Shown piece after piece: positions 1 through 8,500 of a stretch of DNA of 10,337 nt; position 1 is the first letter of the stretch, and every line of letters begins with the position of its first letter. The stretch spans positions 1 to 10,337 of the forward strand of contig BAAFSQ010000330.1 of NCBI GenBank assembly GCA_054661495.1. Reading direction: 5' to 3'. A program made the translations under genes and the position numbers. The notes beneath the pieces are model-generated. The model worked only from the letters and a program-made list of their open reading frames with translations. It was not told the origin of the DNA and did not search any database. Source of the DNA: Zygophlyctis sp. KS116. Lineage: Eukaryota > Fungi > Chytridiomycota.

Positions 1-82
1 GATTATATTTTGTTCTTTGACTTCTTGCTTGAGTTTCTAAGTGAGAAAGTACAGAATTAATTAATTGCTTTTGATTTTAGAC

Positions 83-90
83 TATATAAA
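83..90 (+). promoter_or_regulatory. TATA-box-like TATATAAA in the left flank
   Basis: Consensus match only, in AT-rich DNA. Confidence 0.3.
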
Positions 91-107
91 GAATCCGGTT
101 TTTCAGT

Positions 108-111
108 CCTT
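108..111. repeat. 4-bp target-site duplication CCTT of element A (second copy 5180-5183)
   Basis: CCTT sits immediately before TGTT at 112 and immediately after AACA at 5179. It does not extend to 5 bp (TCCTT vs CCTTA). Confidence 0.88.
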
Positions 112-410
112 TGTTACGTTCTCACTTCTCATTACTCAATTCTTATTAACTCACATTATTCAATTCTTATTTATTCATATTATTCAATTATTATCTATTC
201 TTATTGTAGATAACATAGAAATTTAATCATCAAAGTCGGAGTCTTTATAAGTCAAATGGAGCGGAGTCGCGTATTGCTCTTTGTTCTGAAAACAATAAAT
301 TCTTACCCAAAAGAGTCTCTTGTCTTTGTCTATTGTTGAGAGTTACTATATTTCTAGTAATTCTATTGAAGTTTATTGTTTTCAGTGTTTATTGTTTTTG
401 GAGTGCAACA
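112..410 (+). repeat. Element A 5' LTR (299 bp)
   Basis: TGTTAC...GCAACA. Aligns ungapped to 4881-5179 with 5 substitutions by manual comparison (~98%). Contains TTTATAA (244-250) and AATAAA (294-299). Confidence 0.97.
126..197 (+). repeat. 3 x 24-bp imperfect tandem repeat in putative U3 of LTR A (copy at 4895-4966)
   Basis: ttctcattactcaattcttattaa / ctcacattattcaattcttattta / ttcatattattcaattattatcta. Confidence 0.85.
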
Positions 411-426
411 GTTTTTCAGAATCACC
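411..426 (+). promoter_or_regulatory. Putative non-tRNA-end primer-binding region of element A
   Basis: No TGG after the LTR. TTTTCAGAA (413-421) is complementary to TTCTGAAAA (284-292) within the LTR. Confidence 0.45.
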
Positions 427-442
427 CCTATTGAATTTAGTT

Positions 443-2502
443 ATGGAAGAATTACCGTTTAATCGGCCAGAGACACCCGTCTCTACACAATATATTGATC
501 CTGCTCTTATTCAGCAAATGTTAATCGCTTTAACTAACCTTCAGTTACATGGAGTTAGTAATAAGCAAAAGGAGCCCCGAGAACCAAAAGTTCCCGATGT
601 ACAGACCTTTAATGGGAATAAAATGGAATATTCAATATTTTCTTGGCTCGTCTTAATAATTTCTTTTCAATGCAACCTAAAACTTATGATGATGACTCAA
701 AAAAAATTGGTTATGTATTTTCTCGATTGGAGGGAACTGCCGCAGACTGGGCAACTACAGTAATTGAAAATTCAGACTTGGAGAAAAATATATTAATAAG
801 AACTAAATGGAACTGTTTTATGGAAGCATTCTCAAAGTTTTCTGATCCTTTCGCTCGAAGGAACTCTACAGATGCTTTACTCTCCCTATCTCAAGGTGCT
901 AACCAATCTGTGCTCGGTTATTGGACAAAATTTTCAGAGCTATTGTATAAATAAGATATTTCGGTGGAATCTGCTTTGCCATCGTTTGAAAAAGGGCTTA
1001 AGTATGATATTAGAGATAGACTAGTTGATAAGGACCTTCCCAGGGATCTGGACTCGTATGTTATGGCTGTGGTTGATTTGGATAATCGAATTTTTCGTTT
1101 GAAACAGGAAAGAAGACAAAAAGCTGGAAATGTATCTAATAATTCTAATAATGGAAATTACTCTTATAATACTGGATATAAAAATTACATACCGAACAGT
1201 ACAGCATATACTGCTCCTTCTCCAATGGAAATCGGTAAGCTGACTACTGAAAATTCTCATCTTTCTAATTCTGATGATCGTTTAAAGGAGTTAAGATACA
1301 TGGATAAACAGGAATGTAAAAGAATTTGCTTTCAGGAAAACAGATGTTTCTTTTGCAAAAAAGTTGTTGGATCCCCTCCTAGTCATCAAGCGATGAATTG
1401 TCCAGAACTTTTAAAAAGAAATTCTCGAACTTATTCTTCTTCAACTAAAACTGAGGTCCAAATACCTCATCCAGAGAATAGAGCTGATTGCAGAACGTTG
1501 GGGCAAGTACAGCTTAAGAAGGATCGTCTCTTCCGGAAAGAAGTTTCTTGCAGACAGGGTGCGCATCAGTTCATTTCAGTGGCTCTTATTGATTCGGGAG
1601 CTATGGGATTTGGCTACATGGACTATGATTTGGCGGTAGAGCATAAACTTATTTTGGTACCCCTAGAACAAGTAGTAGAGGTCAAAGCAATCGATGGAAA
1701 ACCTTGCGGAAGTGGTCTCATTACTCACAAAGTCAGCCTGCATATTAAGCTAGAGCATCATTGTGAACAAGCAGAACTTTATTTAATTAGTTCGCCAAAA
1801 AATCCAGTGATTTTGGGCCTAGATTGGTTGCGTTTGCATAATCCGCAGATAGATTGGATTTCCGAAGACATTGTTAGCTTTAAATGTGATTGTCACAAAA
1901 CCGGGACCTTGAATGATAGCACTACAGCATGGGTCCCGCAAAGGCAAGTTGTGCAAGTTAACGCTTTTACAGGAGAGAAATTACTTGACAGATTGCTGGA
2001 AAAGTTTTCGACAGTATTTTCGACTGAAGAATTTCCTGCTTTACCGCCTTGTCGCCCTGGGGTAGATCTGGATATTGAACTACTAGATGAACAGAATCCA
2101 CCATTTGGACCAATATACGCATTATCTGGAGAAGAGGAAATTGCTTTGCGTAAATATTTAGATGGAGCACTCAAGGCTGGTATCATTAAAGAATCGAAGT
2201 CCCCTGCAGGTTCTCCTGTTTTATTTGTCAAGAAAGGAGATCGCTCGCTTAGACTTTGTGTAGATTACAGAAAATTGAACTCGATCACTAAAACTAATAA
2301 GGCTGCCCTTCCTATAATTCGAGATATGTTGCAGAGAGCTGCAGGGCACTGTTTTTACTCGAAAATTGATTTAAAGTCTGCATTTAATCTTATTAGGATC
2401 AAGGAAGGAAATGAGTACTTGACTGTTTTCCGTACAAAATATGGACATTTTGAATATTCTGTGATGCCTTTTGGTCTAAAAAACGCACCAGGTTGGGTTT
2501 GA
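443..2502 (+). pseudogene. gag-pol: Element A gag-protease-RT (N-terminal half), disrupted
   Basis: Likely start ATG 443 (MEELPFNRP). Gag motif PDVQTFNGN continues after a frameshift at ~638-642 into LARLNNFF..KIGYVFSRLEGTAADWA. In-frame TAA at 952-954. PSPMEIG motif, Zn knuckle 1345-1401, aspartic protease LIDSGA (1591) and VILGLDWL. RT motifs LRLCVDYRKLN, SKIDLKSAF, VMPFGLKNAP. Confidence 0.93.
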
Positions 2503-4801
2503 TATGCTGCTATTGGAAATATTTAAAAGAATCGAAAAACACCACTTGAAGGTGAATCCTAAAAAGGTTGAACTACTTGGACAAGAGATTACGTTTTTGG
2601 GTCATGTACTGTCTAAGGAAGGTATAAAAATGGACCCAAGAAAGCTTGAAGCAATTGAAAATTGGGAGTTTCCGAAGAATGTAAAAGAAATGCAGTCGTT
2701 TCTAGGACTTTGCAATTACTATAGACTGTTTATTCCCTCTTTTGCAAAACTTGCAGTTTCACTTACAGAATTGACAAAAAAAACGACAGCCTGGATAGTT
2801 ACTGACGAAGCGAAACTAGCATTTTTACAGCTCAAACGATCATTTGCCAACGATGTGATACTTGCCAATCCTGATCGAGATTTAGAATTCTTCCTCGAGA
2901 TGGATGCCTCAGATTTTGCTATTGGAGGGGCCTTGCACCAAAAGGATTCAAAAACCGGTCATCTAAGGCCAATAGGATTTTTCTCAAGAAAACTCACTTC
3001 ATGCGAACAAAATTATGACATTTTCGACAAGGAATTACTAGCTATTATTCAGGGATTGAAAGAATGGCGTTACTTATTAATTGGAACAGAAATACCAGTG
3101 ACCATTTATACTGACCATAAGAATCTTCAATATTTCTCTGAAGCTCGCCAATTGAACCGAAGACAAGCCAGATGGTCGATATTCCTAGCTGACTTTAATT
3201 TTATCTTAAAATACAGATCGGACTGTCTACAGGTAGTCTCTGATGCCCTCAGTCGAAAATCTGTGCATAATTTAGATGGAAATGACATGAACAAAAACAA
3301 TCAAGTTTTATTGGCAAAAAAATTGTTTGTAAATTCACTCAATTCCTCAGATTCCTCAAGTGAAAATAGTTTGTCTGATTCAAACTCTGATTTGGATACT
3401 ACCGCTTATGAATCCGAGAATTATGATACAGAGTTTGATGAAGATGATCTTTCAGCAGTAGGGGATGTAGCACAATTCATGGAGTTTCAGGGTGATTCAG
3501 AGAGTGAAGATCCGCCATGGTTCCAATATCTGTTAAAATATTTGTGGAGCGGTAACTTGCCAATGGTCTTACCTCATTCCATTCTTAAAAAGGTCAAAGG
3601 CATTTCGAAATCTTTTCTATTCAAAAACGATAGGCTTTTTAAAAAATTGGTTAGAAATGCTCAGCTTTATCATGTGCCTTATATACCTTATTTGGATCGA
3701 GAAGTTCTGATTAGGAAATATCATACTACTTTAGGACATATGCAGCTAAATACATTGTTACCGTTGATGGAAATACGTTATTATTGGCCATCGTTGTCAG
3801 AGGATATCAGAAAATTTCAGACTCAATGTAATCAGTGCCAGATGAATACTAGCACTTTATCAATTGAAAAAAGACCTTTACAGCCCCATGCACCGGTTGG
3901 AATTCCATTTTTGAAATGGGGAATTGATTACGTGCAAGATCTACCGGAGGTAGATGGATATTGCAATATATTCTCTGCTCGGTGTTATGCCACAAAGAGA
4001 GTTATTTATTGCGCCACCAAAGATAGAACAGCAAAAACCGCGGCTAGGTGTATATTTGAAAATATAGTTTGCAAATATGGTGCTCCAGTCGAGATAGTTT
4101 CAGACCGTGGATTTATGGATACAGTGCTTTCTGAATATCTTAAAATTTTAGAAATCCATCATTTACCTTCAGCAGCTTATAGTCCTCAAACTAATGGTTT
4201 AGATGAACGAGGCCACCAAGACTTAAAAAGAATAATTACTAAGCTCAGCGACGGTAATCCTCAGAAGTGGACAAAGATTCTACCCTTAGCAGAGTTTGTT
4301 ATGAATGCAAGAATCAGTAATGCTACCGGGTACTCTGCGTTTTACTTATCTCATGGTTTTGAACCAAGACTACCCTGTGATGAACTTCCTGAACTACCTC
4401 CTGGCTATTATGATCTATCAGATTCCGGTGATATTGCTTTACTTTCATCTAAAGAATTAGGTCGCCTTGGTCAAAATAGAGCAGCTGCCCTTCAAAGATT
4501 AAGATTACAGGCTATTCGGATGAAGAACTATTATGATAAGAAAGTTGGAGCTACTGACAGCCGCTACGAACCAGGAGATGTTGTAAAAATGATTAATCAC
4601 GGTCAAACTAGATTCAAGCATCGTTTTATTGGCCCGTTTTACATTGCAGATCAAGGTCCAAACAATACATATTTTCTAATGCGACCTGATGGTCGAAGAT
4701 GGACTAGTCAAAATGGCACAGATACTCCTGTCAATCCGGATGATTTAGCCCCATTTACAGATTTCGATGCAGAATATTATTATACAGGAAACTCTTCTTA
4801 A
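2501..4801 (+). pseudogene. pol: Element A pol C-terminal part: RT thumb, RNase H, integrase (open frame, separated from upstream pol by a deletion)
   Basis: FLGHVLS and FLGLCNYYR. RNase H: MDASDFAIG, DKELLAI, TDHKNL, DALSR. Integrase: HHCC (H-TTLG-H..C-NQ-C), D at 3926, D at 4103, E at 4205, GPF at 4631. Confidence 0.93.
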
Positions 4802-4867
4802 GTTGTATGCGATTTCCTGCTGGGTTTAATCAATTTCCCCAGAGGTTTTTCTTTCGTGAAACGGCTT

Positions 4868-4880
4868 AAGGAGGGGGTGA
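4868..4880 (+). promoter_or_regulatory. Polypurine tract of element A
   Basis: AAGGAGGGGGTGA abuts the 3' LTR. Confidence 0.9.
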
Positions 4881-5179
4881 TGTTACGTTCTCACTTCTCA
4901 TTACTCAATTCTTATTAACTCACATTATTCAATTCATATTTATTCATTTTATTCAATTATTATCTATTCTTATTGTAGATAACATAGAAATCTAATCATC
5001 AAAGTCGGAGTCTTTATAAGTCAAATGGAGCGGAGTCGCGTATTGCTCTTTGTTCTGAAAGCAATAAATTCTTACCCAAAAGAGTCTCTTGTCTTTGTCT
5101 ATTGTTGAGAGTTACTATATTTCTAGTAATTGTATTGAAGTTTATTGTTTTCAGTGTTTATTGTTTTTGGAGTGCAACA
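4881..5179 (+). repeat. Element A 3' LTR (299 bp)
   Basis: Copy of 112-410, preceded by the PPT and followed by the second CCTT. Confidence 0.97.
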
Positions 5180-5194
5180 CCTTAACACAGAATA

Positions 5195-5439
5195 TGATAA
5201 GGATAGCTGAGCCCGTCCTAGTACCTTTCCCAGCCCTTGATCCCAGGGTGGTTTTTTAATGGCTAGACGTGGCGTATTTTTCTTTTTTAGTTTGGTAATC
5301 GCTAAATAAAATTAGATAAGAAGGATCAATCTTGTTTATTTTTATTCTAACTGAGATCTTAATTTGAAAAGTCTTAGTTTATCTGTTTAGCTCTATCTTT
5401 AGTACTAGTTCTCGGCTTTTGGAAGTTCTACCTTCGACA
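5195..5439 (+). repeat. Element B 5' LTR (245 bp)
   Basis: TGATAAGG...TTCGACA. No difference from 9886-10130 found by manual comparison. AATAAA at 5305-5310. No evident similarity to LTR A. Confidence 0.97.
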
Positions 5440-5459
5440 TAATCAGAATTACCAAACTA
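5440..5459 (+). promoter_or_regulatory. Putative self-priming/PBS region of element B
   Basis: No TGG after the LTR. ATTACCAAACTA (5448-5459) is the exact reverse complement of TAGTTTGGTAAT (5288-5299) in the LTR. Confidence 0.6.
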
Positions 5460-5504
5460 CAACTCTGGGAAGAATTCTTTTAAAATCTATCTGTTATTCG
5501 AATT

Positions 5505-8500
5505 ATGCAATTGGATCAAGAAATAACTTCTCCGAATGCTCGTGCATCTCCTGCACCTTCTGTGAATGAAGAATCTATTCACAACTTGCTAAGAAATTTG
5601 AACTCTCGATTGGAATCTTTGGAAATGGTACCCAATCATTCTTCTTCTTTAAGTCCCAAATTGGCTCTCCCTGAAAAGTTCGATGGAAATATCTCAAAAT
5701 GCAAGAAGTTCATCTCCTCTATAGAAAATATATTTGCTTTGCAGCCAGCCCGGTACTCTACTGCAAACATTCAGACTCGATTTATAGGATCTCTGTTAAC
5801 TGGTGATGCTCTTACTTGGTTCTCTGGAGTATTGGAAAATAACCCCGCTTTGCTTTTGGATTATAATGCCTTTAAATGTGAATTAAAAAATTTGTTTGAT
5901 GACCCACACGCTCAGCGCCATGCTTGCACTGCCTTGAAGCGTTTGCGTCAAGGAAAGTTCTCTGTCACCTCCTATTCGGCTCGTTTCCGTCATTTGGCGT
6001 TTCAGACTGGATTTAATGATGTGGCTAAGATGGATATTTTTAGATGTGGATTGAATGATGAAGTAAAAGATGTGTTGTCTACATCTCTAGAAGATCCAGA
6101 GGATTTGGAGGCCTTGATTAAGCTTGCTGTCAAAATTGATCAACGTCTTCATGATCGACGTCTGGAAAAACAATCTAATAGGTCTTTTAATGGATTCTCA
6201 GAGAAACACAGACGGTATAATCCGCCAGGGACCCAAACTGGCCCGGCCCCTATGGAATTGGATGCTATGGACGGCCAAAAACAAAAATCTTTTGGTAAGT
6301 TGTCCAAGGAGGAACGTCAACGACGCATAGAAAATGATCTTTGTCTTTACTGTGGAGAATCAGGACATAAGGTAAATAAGTGCTCAAAAAGATTGGAAAG
6401 ATCTCTGAATGTGATAGATCTCTTCTCTGCCAGTTCAAAGGATCACTCTTCTCTTACCTTGCCAGTGAATTTAGTAAATCAAAGAAATAATGAAGAATAC
6501 AATGCTCTACTGGATTCTGGGGCGAATGCAAACTTTATCTCTAGTAGTTCAATAACAGGGTCGGGGATGTCTTTGGTAAAACTTGTTCAGCCTATTATGG
6601 TTCGTTTGGCTGATGGGTCCTGCAAAAAAGTAACTGAAGAAGTCAAGGATGTTAAATTTAGAATCACTAATTCAAGTTCTGGACCATTGACTTTTAAGGC
6701 AGATCTTATGGTTATTGAAAATCTTAGATTTCCGGTTGTATTGGGAACCCCCTGGTTCGTCTCAGTGAACCCTGTGATTGATTGGTCTAGTAGAAGAATA
6801 AAGTTTGAACGTGACTCTTGGTCTTCTATTATTTACTTGAATCATGTTTCCCTAGGTGACTTGGTTGAAAAGGAACGTAGTTCCAATTCTAGTGAAGATG
6901 CTCTAAAAAATAGGGAAAAATACACACATGATGAGAATGTAGGGAAAACACTTGGTAATGGAAGCTATTCTGCCACTCAAGGTGATATAAAAGAAAAGGA
7001 ATGTAGTTCCGATTCTAGTAAAGATACTTTAACCAGTAGAAATAATTTGGACGAAGTCTTTGTCAAGTATTATGTAGAATTTGCTACGCTATTTGAAGAT
7101 AAAGAGGTGGATTCTCTGCCTCCCCAAAGAACCTGTGATATGGAAATTAACTTGAAAGATGAGTCCAAGACTCCTCCCTTTTTGAAAATATTTAGATTAA
7201 CCGATAAGATTGGGCCTCTGTTGAAACAATGGATCGATACTAATTTGGAAAAAGGTTTGATCAGACCGTCCAAGAGCCCTTGTGCGGCTCCAATCTTCTT
7301 TGTTCCGAAGAAAGATGGAACGCTTAGGCCATGCATTAACTACAAGCTGTTGAATGATAATACCTTGCCAGACGGGAGACCTTTGCCATTAGTTTCCGAT
7401 ATCTTAGCCCGATTTCATGGGTCGTGCATCTTTACTTGTCTTGATTTAAAAGGAGCCTATAATTTGATAAGAATTAAGCCTGGTAATGAGTGGAAAGCAG
7501 CATTTCGATCTAAATTTGGTTTGTTTGAACCTCTAGTGGTTCAATTTGGACTTCAAAATGCACCATCAGTTTTTCAATCCTTCATTAACTCACTATTCTT
7601 GGATCTTCTTGATAAGTCGGTGGTTATATACTTAGATGACATTTTAATTTTCTCGAAAACTGTAGAAGAACATGTCGTTGTAGTAAGAGAAGTGTTGGAA
7701 AGGCTTACGGTAAATAAGCTCATTCTGAAGAAATCTAAATGTGTTTTTCATACTGAAGAATTGGTTTATTTGGGGCATGTTATAGCAAAGATTGGTATTA
7801 AAATGGATTCCGAGAAGACTAAACCAATTTCCGAATATCCAGCGCCAACTTCCGTTCGAGAATTAAGAAGCTTCCTTGGTATGACCAATTATTATCGTAA
7901 ATTTGTCCACCAGTACTCTGAATTGTCTAAACCTCTCACAGATCTAACTAAGAAAGGAAAAAAGTTTGTTTGGGATAATAAAGCGGAATCTGCATTCAAG
8001 GAGCTCAAAAGGGCGATTATGTCTGATGCAATGCTACGTCACCCAGTGTTAGATAAGGCGTTTGTTTTATATACTGATGCTAGTGATTTTGCGATTGCAG
8101 CGGTGTTAATGCAAGAAGAAGATTCTGTAGGATTGTGTCCTCTTGAATATTATTCAAGGAAATTGATTGCTTCTGAATTGAACTACTCGGTACACGATAA
8201 AGAGTTATTGGCAGTTAAGGAGGCCTTTGAAGAGTGGAGACACTATCTTTTGTACTCAAAAGAGTCTACTGTAGTGTACTGCGACCATAAGAATTTACTT
8301 TACTTTAAGACAAATAGATTGCTTAAGCCAAGGCATGCAAGATGGTTCGAGACCTTGATGCAATTTAATTTCACTCTACAGCACATTAAGGGAACTGATA
8401 ATCAATTGGCCGACGTTTTAAGCCGTAACCCAAGATTTAAAGGTCATGAAGAAAAGACTGGATTGGTTTTGCTTCCGGAGAAGGTGTGGGAGGCTACAAC

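Larger units (their letters stand above)
112..5179 (+). mobile_element. Ty3/Gypsy LTR retrotransposon A, full length (5068 bp), RT-defective
   Basis: 299-bp direct terminal repeats with TG..CA ends, flanking CCTT duplication, polypurine tract before the 3' LTR, domain order gag-PR-RT-RH-IN (Gypsy order). Confidence 0.97.

Noticed and set aside
98-106. GTTTTTCAG in the left flank is identical to 411-419 next to LTR A
   Set aside because: A low-complexity 9-mer. The clean TSD shows ordinary integrase-mediated insertion, so no homology is needed.
126-197. CRISPR-like array
   Set aside because: Contiguous degenerate repeats without spacers, inside a eukaryotic LTR.
320-442. N-terminal 41 codons of ORF 320..763
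   Set aside because: It starts at a TTG inside the LTR and crosses the PBS; the plausible gag start is ATG 443.
635-645. Programmed frameshift in gag of A
   Set aside because: It falls in the middle of the capsid domain, B is continuous here, and alignment fits a simple indel. Programmed shifts occur at the gag-pol boundary.
952-954. TAA readthrough or alternative genetic code
   Set aside because: It is a single mid-gag stop without a CARYYA-like context, and TAA ends pol normally at 4799-4801. Best read as a nonsense mutation.
1410-1416. Slippery heptamer T TTA AAA after A's zinc knuckle (a -1 shift would end Gag about 11 codons later)
   Set aside because: Pol is already in frame, no strong downstream structure was seen, B has no equivalent, and such words are common in AT-rich DNA.
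2494-2500. Deletion-junction TGGGTTT also occurs at 4821-4827 (templated filler?)
   Set aside because: A 7-mer match is expected by chance over several kb.
4802-4867. env-like or extra ORF, or chromodomain, after pol
   Set aside because: Only ~66 nt lie before A's PPT and none before B's; no chromodomain-like aromatic pattern was seen in either tail.
5180-5195. One element nested inside the other, or a shared LTR
   Set aside because: Each has its own complete, unrelated LTR pair, and they are separated by 15 bp of non-LTR DNA.
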